From Candidatus Sumerlaeota bacterium (GTDB lineage: Bacteria; Sumerlaeota; Sumerlaeia; SLMS01), in assembly GCA_020850785.1 (NCBI GenBank), contig JADZDZ010000073.1, forward strand, positions 1-39,890: a DNA stretch of 39,890 bases. The letters are read 5' to 3'. Made by a program: the position numbers and the translations under genes. Positions 1-8,056 of the stretch are shown here, in pieces; position 1 is the stretch's first letter, and each line of letters begins with the position of its first letter. The notes under the pieces were generated by a model. It was given only the letters and a program-made list of their open reading frames with translations. It ran no database searches and was not told where the DNA came from.

Positions 1-2153
1 AAGGTGTCCGACCGGGCGCGATCGTAGCGGTCGTAGGCCTCCTTGAAGCGCTTCACAATTTCATCGTCCTTCAGTTCATCGTTAAGCACAAGGTCCTTGT
101 AGCGGTTGTCGCGCACGTTCAGGCTGAAGAGCTGCAGGTAGTCATACCAGCGCTGACGTTCCGCGAGCAGGCGTTCAAGGTCGCCCCGGATGCCCGTGGG
201 GAACGGGCCCGTCGGCTGTTGGTTGAAGGCTTCCAGAAGGTTCTTCTTCTTCTCCTCGCGAAGCTGCGCGATTTCTGTCGCGGCCATCTTCGATAACCCG
301 AAGCGGGGATCGCCCTCTGCGGACAAGATGCCTTCCAGCTTCTGGATCACCTGATCGTAGAACTTGATCTTGTTTTGGTCGGGGTTGGCCTTAAAGTCCG
401 CCAGCAGACCAAGGTATTCGTTGTACAGCGTTGAAACCTTGTCCAGCGTGGTCAGTCGGCGATTCACGTCGTCGCGGCCCGTATAATCCACCGCGACCGC
501 GTTGCGCAACTTGCGAACCTCCTCGATGCTCTGGCCGTCGAAATCGTAATAGGCCTTCAGCAACTGCGCGTGCGCGCGGGCCGATTCCACCTTCGCCATG
601 TACTTGGCGATGTCGTTCTTCAACTGCTCGTCATTGGCGGTCTTCGCATTCATGCGATCAATGACAGCAGTCAGATCATCCGCCGTCTGCACGTAGGTGG
701 TGTTCATGTCCTTCATCGCGGCGTTGTAGGCATTGAGCAGCTCCTGCTTCGCCTTGATGCGATTTTCCGCCGCAGGAAGGATCGTGGAGGCGTTTTCAAA
801 CGCATCCTCCGAGGCCTTCTCGCTGGTCTGCTTCAGGATGGCGATCTTGCGAAGCGCCTCATCCCAGTTCTCCGCCGCTTCCGCGCGTTCGTAGTCGTTC
901 TTCGCGGCGGAAACAGCCTCGCGGAAACGACGTTGCACGTCGCGTTGCACGTCCGTGGCGCGATTGCCGATCTGCGACGTGTTGAAATCGAGGGTCTTCG
1001 CTGCGATATACGCACCAATGTAGTCACGCGCGTCGAGGCGCTCCTTCGTGGCGCGCAGCTTCTGCAGGTCTTCCTGCAACGCGCGAATTTCGCCCGCCTG
1101 GCCTTCTGGCGGATTCTTCGACAGGCGAATCAAGACATCATTTGCATCCTCGTAACGACGCTGCGTGACGAAATCGAGCGCCATCGCGGTGTCCACACCG
1201 GCTCCTGCCTTGCTGCCCGATCCGGAAGAACCGCCGGTCGTTGAGGCACCGCCGGTGTTGCTGGCTGTGCCCATCGCCTTCGGCCCGATGTAGCCCATCT
1301 TGTATGCGAAATAGCCGCCCACGCCCACCACCACCAGCACCAGCATGATGATGACGAAGCGCGCCGCCGTGGCCGCGCCCGATTCCTTCGCGTTGGAAAT
1401 ATCAGGCCAATCAACGAAGTGGAACGTGAAGCTGGAATCGCCAATATCGATCTGATCGCCGTCCTTGATGAATGCCTTGCCGATGCGGCGGCCATTCAAC
1501 TGGGTGCCGGAATCCTGCGACATGTTCTTAAGTTGGATCTTCTGGCCCTTCAGGAAGCGGATTTCCGCATGGACGGGTGAGGCGGTGCTGTCGATCACCC
1601 GGATGTCCACCTCGCCTGCGTCGGTTCCAATCAGGACCGCATCCTTCTCGATGCCAAACTTCACGGCATTCGTCACGGAACGCAGCTCCAGATACGCGTA
1701 GGCGCGCTTGTTGGATCGCATCTCCTGCACCCCGCCACCGCCGCCCGCGAATCCTGCGGCTGCGGGACGGGGTTCGGACTTCTGGCTTGCTTCCTTGAAC
1801 ATCGCCGCGATGTCGGGATTGTTCAGGTCCACCGCGAGGGTTTCGTTGCCAGACTGCGCCGCCTTCTTCACGTGGAACTTCACCGCCACATAGCCAAAGT
1901 GAAGCGTCGTGCCATCCTTCAGTTGAACCGGCTTGTTCGGCTCGATCGGCTTCTCATTCACGAAGGTTTTGTTCTTCGCGCCCAAGTCCTCCACGTACCA
2001 ATCGTCGCCCTCGCGCTTCAGCGTCGCGTGGTTGCGCGAAATGCTTTGGTCATCAATCTGGATGTCGTTTTCAGGAACACGGCCAACGGAGTTCGTGTCC
2101 TTCGTCAGTTCAAATCGTTTGCCGCTGGCCAGCAATATGTAGGCGTCGCTCAT
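1..2153 (-). CDS. Tandem-FHA single-pass membrane protein with a long helical extracytoplasmic region (partial; 3' end runs off the window)
   Basis: Absent from the ORF track because it has no stop codon inside the window. My own minus-strand translation starts at ATG 2153 (GAAGGAAG 4 nt upstream, 12 nt after the stop of the preceding gene) and stays open for 717 codons to position 1. It reads MSDAYILLASGKRFELTKDTNSVGRVPENDIQIDDQSISRNHATLKREGDDWYVEDLGAKNKTFVNEKPI (FHA signature GR..SxxH..N). A second FHA-like module follows: AVLIGTDAGEVDIRVIDSTASPVHAEIRF..SGTQLNGRRI. Next is a hydrophobic helix, FVIIMLVLVVVGVGGYFAY (nt ~1299..1364), and then >400 aa of helical, Lys/Glu/Ala-rich sequence. Confidence 0.8.
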   Translation of the reverse strand, partial: MSDAYILLASGKRFELTKDTNSVGRVPENDIQIDDQSISRNHATLKREGDDWYVEDLGAKNKTFVNEKPIEPNKPVQLKDGTTLHFGYVAVKFHVKKAAQSGNETLAVDLNNPDIAAMFKEASQKSEPRPAAAGFAGGGGGVQEMRSNKRAYAYLELRSVTNAVKFGIEKDAVLIGTDAGEVDIRVIDSTASPVHAEIRFLKGQKIQLKNMSQDSGTQLNGRRIGKAFIKDGDQIDIGDSSFTFHFVDWPDISNAKESGAATAARFVIIMLVLVVVGVGGYFAYKMGYIGPKAMGTASNTGGASTTGGSSGSGSKAGAGVDTAMALDFVTQRRYEDANDVLIRLSKNPPEGQAGEIRALQEDLQKLRATKERLDARDYIGAYIAAKTLDFNTSQIGNRATDVQRDVQRRFREAVSAAKNDYERAEAAENWDEALRKIAILKQTSEKASEDAFENASTILPAAENRIKAKQELLNAYNAAMKDMNTTYVQTADDLTAVIDRMNAKTANDEQLKNDIAKYMAKVESARAHAQLLKAYYDFDGQSIEEVRKLRNAVAVDYTGRDDVNRRLTTLDKVSTLYNEYLGLLADFKANPDQNKIKFYDQVIQKLEGILSAEGDPRFGLSKMAATEIAQLREEKKKNLLEAFNQQPTGPFPTGIRGDLERLLAERQRWYDYLQLFSLNVRDNRYKDLVLNDELKDDEIVKRFKEAYDRYDRARSDT

Positions 2154-2165
2154 GAATCTTCCTTC

Positions 2166-3896
2166 TCAGCGGTCGCTGATGATGTTTTTGGCGGTCTGCT
2201 CTCGTACAAGGTGGCTGTAGACGAACCACTCATCGAGGAACACGAATTCCTCCGGTTCCATTCCAAGAGTGGCAAATTGGTAAAGCTCGTCGTTCTTCTT
2301 CTGGGCGCCCTTCCAGTCGCGGTTGTCGCGCAGGCGTTCAATTTCCTTCCAGCTCTGCATGAAGAAGCCCGACTCGCTCTGGCAGTAGTCGTAGATTTTT
2401 TCCGCCTTGGAGAAAATGCGCAGGTAATCGTCATCAAATGCCCACTTGTCCGCGACCTGCAGCAGGCAGAGTGCGCGATGGTAGCGATTGAAGGCGCGGA
2501 AGAAGTTCCACTTATCCTTGTAGTAGTCCAACTCCGCCATCTTGTACGTCATCAGGTCCGGAATCAGTTTGTCCGCTTCCTTCTCCAGATCCAACGCATT
2601 TGCAATCAATGCCTCGTTGTCTTCCTTGCGCTTGGGCGGTGCCATGTTCTGCTTTTCCACCAGCATGCGAATGGCCTCATCTACGCGATCCGCCTGGAAC
2701 GCGTAGTCGCGCGCCGTGAAGATCGCGAGCGATTCCCCCTTCTTCTCCTGCCGCATCATGTAGTGCATGTATGGCTGGTCGCCGATGTTCATGGTGAAGT
2801 CGGCCCATTGCTGGTTGTTGTCGAACTTGGTCCACTTTGCGCGGTCAACCAGCGCGCCGAGCATCTTGGAGATGCGCGGCTTCGAGGCGAAACGCATGTC
2901 CGGCGATTTCAGGTCAAGGCTGACGACCTGAATCGGCGCGGAGGTGGGAAGACTGTCCCAGACTTCGATATAGAAATCGAAGTGGATTGGCGCTTTTTCC
3001 CCCAGCTTGGCGTCATAGCCCGCGCTCTTGCCAATCAGGCCGGGAGGGGTTTCGTTATACAATTGATCGTTGTCGTAGGAAACCCAGCTGACGTAGTAGT
3101 TGCCGAGCACCAAGGGCTGCTCTCCCTTGATGAGACGTCCGTTGCCAAGACGTGGGTTGTAGTTCGACCAGTTGCGGTTGCGGTAAACCAGATTTGAGAA
3201 GGGGTCCGGTGGCAGCACACTCGCTGTTGCAAGCTCGCTGCGGTCCTGATAACCGCCCTTCTTCGCGCCGGGGCGCACGGCGGACTGGAAGCTGTAGAAA
3301 TAAGGACGTGGTGCGGGGGCATCCTTGTCCTTCGGAATGTAGTTGTTCGTCGGCCTGTCGGAAAAATCGCCGGGAACGGGGAGGTTCACCTGCGGCAGGC
3401 CGCGAAAGCCAAGTGTCTTGATGCCGCGCAGCGTGTTGATCACCACCGGCGTCTGCTGCTTCTGCTTTTCCTTTTGGTAGTTCACGCCGTAGTAGACGAA
3501 AATCAGGAGGAGGACGAGGCTTGACGCCACGAGGAGCAGCGCGCCCTTGCGGCGTCCCGTGCGGACGGACTGCTGCATGTCCAGCGGCGCGGAGGCGTTG
3601 CGAATGGTGACCTCTATCGTGGTGTCGCCAATGCCAATGCGATCGCCCTGGGAAAGCAGCGCCTTCGTCACCGAATTGCCGTTGTGCTGCACCTTGTTGA
3701 TGCTGCCGAGGTCCACCACCTGCGCGGTTTCGTTACCAATTTCCAACCGTGCGTGTTTGTTGGAGACGGTGGGATCGTTCAGGCGGATGTGGCATTCCTG
3801 ATCGCGACCAATGATCGTGGTCGCGCCCGAGACCCGGAAGATGCGGCCCTTGTCCGGGCCGCCGATCACTTCAAGTTCAAGTTGTATGTCTGGCAT
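2166..3896 (-). CDS. FHA-domain single-pass membrane protein with a ~430-aa extracytoplasmic domain of unknown family
   Basis: 576-aa ORF. The N-terminus IIGRDQECHIRLNDPTVSNKHARLE..DLGSINKVQHNGNSV carries the FHA signature (GR, SxxH, N). One hydrophobic helix, GALLLVASSLVLLLIFVYYGV (aa ~118-138). The ATG lies 21 nt after the tadC stop. I recognise no family in the remainder; the last ~150 aa look like helical repeats. Confidence 0.85.
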   Translation of the reverse strand: MPDIQLELEVIGGPDKGRIFRVSGATTIIGRDQECHIRLNDPTVSNKHARLEIGNETAQVVDLGSINKVQHNGNSVTKALLSQGDRIGIGDTTIEVTIRNASAPLDMQQSVRTGRRKGALLLVASSLVLLLIFVYYGVNYQKEKQKQQTPVVINTLRGIKTLGFRGLPQVNLPVPGDFSDRPTNNYIPKDKDAPAPRPYFYSFQSAVRPGAKKGGYQDRSELATASVLPPDPFSNLVYRNRNWSNYNPRLGNGRLIKGEQPLVLGNYYVSWVSYDNDQLYNETPPGLIGKSAGYDAKLGEKAPIHFDFYIEVWDSLPTSAPIQVVSLDLKSPDMRFASKPRISKMLGALVDRAKWTKFDNNQQWADFTMNIGDQPYMHYMMRQEKKGESLAIFTARDYAFQADRVDEAIRMLVEKQNMAPPKRKEDNEALIANALDLEKEADKLIPDLMTYKMAELDYYKDKWNFFRAFNRYHRALCLLQVADKWAFDDDYLRIFSKAEKIYDYCQSESGFFMQSWKEIERLRDNRDWKGAQKKNDELYQFATLGMEPEEFVFLDEWFVYSHLVREQTAKNIISDR

Positions 3897-3917
3897 GAGA
3901 AGTTTTCGCCGCGCCTG

Positions 3918-4823
3918 TTATTTGACTTTCCGGAATGCCTGAATCATCATGGGGCCGATCAGCACGAGGAAGATCGACGGGAAGATGAACAGGATCATTG
4001 GAATCAGCATCTGGGTTGGCGCTTTGTTGGCTTTTTCCTCCGCCACCTGAATTCGGCGGAAGCGCATGATTTCACCCTGCATGCGCATCACTTTTCCGAG
4101 CGGCGTTCCCAGTTCCTCCTGCTGGATCAGCGCCGTCACGAACGAGCGCATTTCCATCAGGTCCGAGCGGTCCGCCAGTTCGAGAAGGGCCTTCTTGCGC
4201 GAGCGACCGAGTTGGAGCTGCTTGAAGAAGCGCTTCATTTCCTGCTGCAGTGGTCCCTTCGTCATCAACTCGGACGCGCGGTCGATGGCCATGGTGAACT
4301 CCATGCCCGCCTCCACCAGCAGCGTCATCAGGTCGAGGAAATAGGGCATCGCGCAGAAGATCGCCCAGCGGCGCTCATTCGTGATCTGGTTCAGGTAATA
4401 GAATGGCGCGATGAAAAGGACGCCGCCAAGGAACAGGCTGAACAGGACGATGTAGTTGCGATCCACGTTCGGCAGCAGCACCACCAGCGACATGGGCAGC
4501 GCGATGCCGATGATGAACAGAACGATGTGCGACCCCACGTATTCCTTCGGGGTGAACTTGTCATCAAGGCCGGAGCGATTCAGGTTCCGTTCCGCCCACT
4601 TCAGGTAATTTCCCAGGGGAAGTGACTGAACGACGTCCGTCAGTTTCCCCATTTTGCGTGCCAGAGGGAGCATCAGCGCGAACACGCCAACGTAGCCAAG
4701 GTCCGACTGCTGGAACTCCTCGCCGATGTCGCGGAAAAGCCATGCGATGAAGAACGCAAACGCCGCAAAAGCCACGGCGGCAACCGCCGCAAGCATGTTG
4801 GGATTTTGTATGAACTCAGTCAT
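3918..4823 (-). CDS. tadC: Tad pilus inner-membrane platform protein TadC (T2SSF/GspF-type)
   Basis: 301 aa. It has an N-terminal TM segment, a central soluble helical domain (..RSFVTALIQQEELGTPLGKVMRMQGEIMR..) and a C-terminal TM (PTQMLIPMILFIFPSIFLVLIGP), which is the T2SSF layout. It is the second of two such paralogues directly after cpaF. Confidence 0.85.
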   Translation of the reverse strand: MTEFIQNPNMLAAVAAVAFAAFAFFIAWLFRDIGEEFQQSDLGYVGVFALMLPLARKMGKLTDVVQSLPLGNYLKWAERNLNRSGLDDKFTPKEYVGSHIVLFIIGIALPMSLVVLLPNVDRNYIVLFSLFLGGVLFIAPFYYLNQITNERRWAIFCAMPYFLDLMTLLVEAGMEFTMAIDRASELMTKGPLQQEMKRFFKQLQLGRSRKKALLELADRSDLMEMRSFVTALIQQEELGTPLGKVMRMQGEIMRFRRIQVAEEKANKAPTQMLIPMILFIFPSIFLVLIGPMMIQAFRKVK

Positions 4824-4859
4824 GAAAAACCTTTCGCATCACGGCAACGTGTCGGCGCA

Positions 4860-5753
4860 TCACAGCTTGATGTCCACGATCTTGTTGATGACGTAGTAAC
4901 CAATCGCGTCCAGAACGATCACCATCACCAGAATGACGAAGCCCGCCGTCGTCGTGAACAACTGCGCCGGCAGGTTGGGATCGATGAAGAAGAGTATCAG
5001 CATCAACGCGAAGGGGGCGCTTGTCAGAATCAGGGACTGCGTCTTGCCTTCGGCGGTCAGCGTCTCGATGCGGCGCTCAACGCGGAAGCGCTCCTGCACC
5101 ATCAGCACGGTTTTCTCGCAGACCTCGATGATGCCCTCTCCCATGGAGAAGATCGTGTTGATCGAGGCCACGAAGAGGTGAAGGTCCTGCACGGGGATGC
5201 GCTTTGTGAGGTTCTCCAGCGCGCGCTCCAGCGAAAGGCCCAGGGAGACTTCCTGCACCACGAGGCGGAACTCGCCCGCGAGCGGGTCCTGCGACTCGTT
5301 CACCATCAACTTGATCGCGTCGATGAAGGACAGGTTTGCCTTCACGGAGTTTGAAAGAATCTGGAGCCCGTCGATCATCTGCAGCCGGAACTTGTAGATG
5401 CGGCTGGCGTATGCGCGCTTGATGATGATGTCGGGGATGAAAAAGCAGGGCACGGAGAGAAAGATGATCGGAATGAACTGCGCCTGCATGTTCGGGAGGC
5501 CGATGCCCACGAGGAAACCGACTGCGGCGCCGAAGCCCATGCACGCCAGCTTCAGCGTCATGATGAAGGTGGCCGGCATGTAGATGAACATTTCGCCGAG
5601 GGTCGCCTCGCTGGCGCCCGCGAAGCGCTTTGAATAGGCCTCGCTGCCCGCCGCCATTGCGGAGGTGAGCGTGAAGCCGCAAAGCCCCACGCTAAGCGAC
5701 GCCATGATCAGATACGTCACAAGCCATGCATTGGTGGTTGGCAATTGCATCAT
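4860..5753 (-). CDS. tadB: Tad pilus inner-membrane platform protein TadB (T2SSF/GspF-type)
   Basis: 297 aa with the same T2SSF architecture: N-terminal TMs, a soluble domain (..LERALENLTKRIP..SMGEGIIEVCEKT..) and C-terminal TMs. It starts 6 nt after the cpaF stop. Confidence 0.85.
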   Translation of the reverse strand: MMQLPTTNAWLVTYLIMASLSVGLCGFTLTSAMAAGSEAYSKRFAGASEATLGEMFIYMPATFIMTLKLACMGFGAAVGFLVGIGLPNMQAQFIPIIFLSVPCFFIPDIIIKRAYASRIYKFRLQMIDGLQILSNSVKANLSFIDAIKLMVNESQDPLAGEFRLVVQEVSLGLSLERALENLTKRIPVQDLHLFVASINTIFSMGEGIIEVCEKTVLMVQERFRVERRIETLTAEGKTQSLILTSAPFALMLILFFIDPNLPAQLFTTTAGFVILVMVIVLDAIGYYVINKIVDIKL

Positions 5754-5758
5754 GATGG

Positions 5759-7831
5759 TCAGGTTCCCGCGTCCGTGGACGGCTGGAAGATTTCGAACGG
5801 CACTTCGCCGCCGCGTTCCTTGTGGATGCGCAGGAAATTGGGAATCGTGCCCACGGGGATGAAGTCACCCTTCATTCCGCCCTTTGCATCCAGCGTGTAT
5901 TCGAACTTGTAGATCGACTGCGTAACGTACTCGTTTCCGTCGAGGCCGAGCACTTCGACGATCTCCCCAATGCGGCGGCGCCCGTCGGGGAAACGCTCCA
6001 CGAACACAACAAGGTTCACCGCGCGCGCGATCTGTTCGCGAATTGCCAGCAGCGGCAGGTCAAGCCCCGCCATGAGGCACATCGTTTCAAGGCGCGTCAG
6101 CATGTCTCTGGCGCTGTTTGCGTGGCCTGTGGAGAGCGAGCCGTCGTGGCCCGTGTTCATGGCCTGAAGCATGTCGATCGCTTCGCCGGAGCGGATTTCG
6201 CCGACCACGATGCGGTCGGGGCGCATGCGCAGTGCGTTCTTCACAAGGTCGCGAATCGTCACAGAGGTCGCGCCTTCGGTGTTCGACGGCCTTGTTTCCA
6301 GCGAGATCACGTGCTGCTGCTGGAGTTGAAGTTCCGCAGAGTCCTCGATGGTCAGGATGCGTTCGTCGTCGGGAATGTAGGAGGAAATCACATTCAACAG
6401 CGTCGTCTTGCCGGAAGCCGTGCCGCCGGAGATGAAGATGTTCTGGCGCATTTTGACGGCAAGTTCCAAAAATTTTGCCATGCCGGGGCTGAACGAACCC
6501 TTGGACATCAGGTCCTTCGGTGTCAGCGGCTTTGCGGGAAACTTGCGGATCGTCAGCACGGGGCCAACCAGCGACACCGGCGGGATAATGGCATTCACGC
6601 GGGAGCCATCGGCGAGGCGCGCGTCCACCATCGGGCGTGCCTGATTGATGGGGCGTCCCAGCGGCGCCACGATGCGGTTGATGATCGTCAGCAGGCGTTC
6701 TTCGTCGATGAACTGCTTGTCTGTGCGGACGGTCTTGCCGCGCCGTGCGACGAAAATCTTCGACGGACCATTGACCATGATTTCCTCAATCTCATGATCT
6801 TCGAGGAAATCCTGAATGGGACCAAGGCCCAACGCCTCGTCCAGCACGTCCTTCAGAAGTTGCTTCGGCGACACATCGTGCTGAAGCGACCCGCTCTTCT
6901 GCAGGTCGTAAATAATCTGGTTCGTGATCGTGCGGGCGCGGTTCCACAATTCATCGTCAGCCATCTTGTCCGCGCTGACGGTCTTCAGGCGGATCTTCTC
7001 CACCAACTGCTCGTGGATCGCGGCGCGAAGCTTCGTGTAGGAATCCGAAGCCTCCATCCGCTTCTTTTTTCCGCTAACGAAGGGATTCTTGGCGCCCTGC
7101 ACGGCGCCCGCCTGAAGGGTCGCGCGGTTCAGTTCGACGGTCTTGCCGCTTTCCCCCTCCTGCCGGGGCTCACGCGGGGGGCGCGAAACTGTCGACGGCC
7201 CTCCACCGGAACCGGGAGGACGCGGCACCGCGCCTTTCTGCTGCTTCATGGATTCAAGTTGTTCGGGTGAATATTGCACCGTGGCATTGTCCGGCACTGT
7301 TGGCGCGCCGGGGCCTCCGCGCTGCCGCATCGCCTCAAGCTGTTCTGGTGAGTATTGAACCGTCGCATTGGAGGGCACCGGGTCGCCGGCACCCGCTGCG
7401 CCCGCGTTCTGCATGCGGCGCAAAACTTCCGGGCTGTATTCCATCGTGGCGCCCGCTTCCAGCGGACTTGATCCACCGGGAATTTGCATCGTCGCGCCGC
7501 CCATTGGCAGCCCTTCGTACTCATCGCCCATCGGCGGCGCTTCGTATTCAAGCAGCACATCGCCAATGATGATCTTGTCGCCGTCGGAAAGTTCGCGCGT
7601 GTCGGCCACCTTCTCCGCGTTCACGTAGATGCCGGTTTTGCTGCCCGCATCGCGGATCGAGTAGCCGCCGGGCCTGCGAATCAGGTGGGCATGCTGCTTG
7701 GAAACAGTGCCGCGCGCGATGACCATGTCGCAGTTCTCGTCGCGCCCGATTGTAATGATGTCCGCCGTGCAGTCGAACGAGGCATCGAAGGAGTTGTCGA
7801 AGGATTTTGCTCTTAAAACGGGAAAGGCCAC
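5759..7831 (-). CDS. cpaF: CpaF/TadA-family secretion ATPase fused to an N-terminal FHA domain through a repeat-containing Pro/Gly-rich linker
   Basis: 690 aa. The C-terminal ~400 aa form a T2SSE/VirB11-like ATPase: Walker A GGTASGKTT, Asp box ILTIEDSAEL, Walker B RPDRIVVGEIR, His box GHDGSLSTGHANS. aa 1-97 form the FHA domain (IGRDENCD..SKQHAHL..TGIYVNAEKV). GTG start with AGGA 8 nt upstream. Confidence 0.9.
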   Translation of the reverse strand: MAFPVLRAKSFDNSFDASFDCTADIITIGRDENCDMVIARGTVSKQHAHLIRRPGGYSIRDAGSKTGIYVNAEKVADTRELSDGDKIIIGDVLLEYEAPPMGDEYEGLPMGGATMQIPGGSSPLEAGATMEYSPEVLRRMQNAGAAGAGDPVPSNATVQYSPEQLEAMRQRGGPGAPTVPDNATVQYSPEQLESMKQQKGAVPRPPGSGGGPSTVSRPPREPRQEGESGKTVELNRATLQAGAVQGAKNPFVSGKKKRMEASDSYTKLRAAIHEQLVEKIRLKTVSADKMADDELWNRARTITNQIIYDLQKSGSLQHDVSPKQLLKDVLDEALGLGPIQDFLEDHEIEEIMVNGPSKIFVARRGKTVRTDKQFIDEERLLTIINRIVAPLGRPINQARPMVDARLADGSRVNAIIPPVSLVGPVLTIRKFPAKPLTPKDLMSKGSFSPGMAKFLELAVKMRQNIFISGGTASGKTTLLNVISSYIPDDERILTIEDSAELQLQQQHVISLETRPSNTEGATSVTIRDLVKNALRMRPDRIVVGEIRSGEAIDMLQAMNTGHDGSLSTGHANSARDMLTRLETMCLMAGLDLPLLAIREQIARAVNLVVFVERFPDGRRRIGEIVEVLGLDGNEYVTQSIYKFEYTLDAKGGMKGDFIPVGTIPNFLRIHKERGGEVPFEIFQPSTDAGT
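7244..7498 (-). repeat. In-frame tandem repeats in the cpaF linker (about 27 aa / 81 nt period), each carrying A-T-[MV]-[QE]-[YI]
   Basis: Protein copies are GATMQIPGGSSPLEA, GATMEYSPEVLRRMQ, NATVQYSPEQLEAMRQ and NATVQYSPEQLESMKQ. The two best copies are also visibly similar at nucleotide level (7246..7297 vs 7326..7378). All four Thr use ACG codons, at 7490-92, 7445-47, 7361-63 and 7280-82. Confidence 0.8.
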
Positions 7832-7999
7832 GTCACGATCCTATTCACGCAATTGCGCCGCCTGCTCAATCTGGCGCGAATCCATTCTGTTCAATTCACG
7901 CGGCCTTTTTCAACACTCAATCCGCAACCGGGACCAACCTTTTTTGCCGTCGTCCGCGGCGGCGTGCCGCAAAAAATTCATTCTATCCCAATAGGTGAA

Positions 8000-8030
8000 G
8001 TGGCACGGGCGATTTTGTCACCCGTGCCAC
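8000..8030 (-). other. GC-rich hairpin in the 225-nt cpaC-cpaF gap (possible partial terminator or RNA-stability element)
   Basis: A 10-bp perfect stem, GTGGCACGGG (8000..8009) paired with CCCGTGCCAC (8021..8030), and an 11-nt loop. On the minus strand it lies 27 nt after the cpaC TAA. No immediately adjacent U-tract; a TTTTTT run lies ~25 nt further downstream. Confidence 0.35.
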
Positions 8031-8056
8031 CCCGGTTTCATTCACGACGATGCGCC

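Noticed and set aside
5822-7270. 482-aa plus-strand ORF
   Set aside because: It lies antisense to cpaF, whose frame carries unambiguous Walker A/B and His-box motifs. The composition is Arg/His/Ala-rich and non-protein-like. The same reasoning applies to 1872..3197, 3684..4625, 4806..5354 and 10193..11014, which lie opposite the FHA, tadC, tadB and cpaB genes.
7941-7976. TTTTTTGC...GCAAAAAA inverted repeat as a bidirectional terminator
   Set aside because: Only ~8 bp, mostly A-T, can pair around a 21-nt loop, which is too weak to call. It is mentioned only as part of the cpaC-cpaF gap finding.
8001-8020. TGGCACG sequence suggesting a sigma-54 (-24/-12) promoter upstream of cpaF
   Set aside because: No TTGC element is found at the required spacing on either strand (ACAA on the minus strand; TTGT 8 nt away on the plus strand). 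The TGGCAC is simply one arm of the perfect hairpin 8000..8030.
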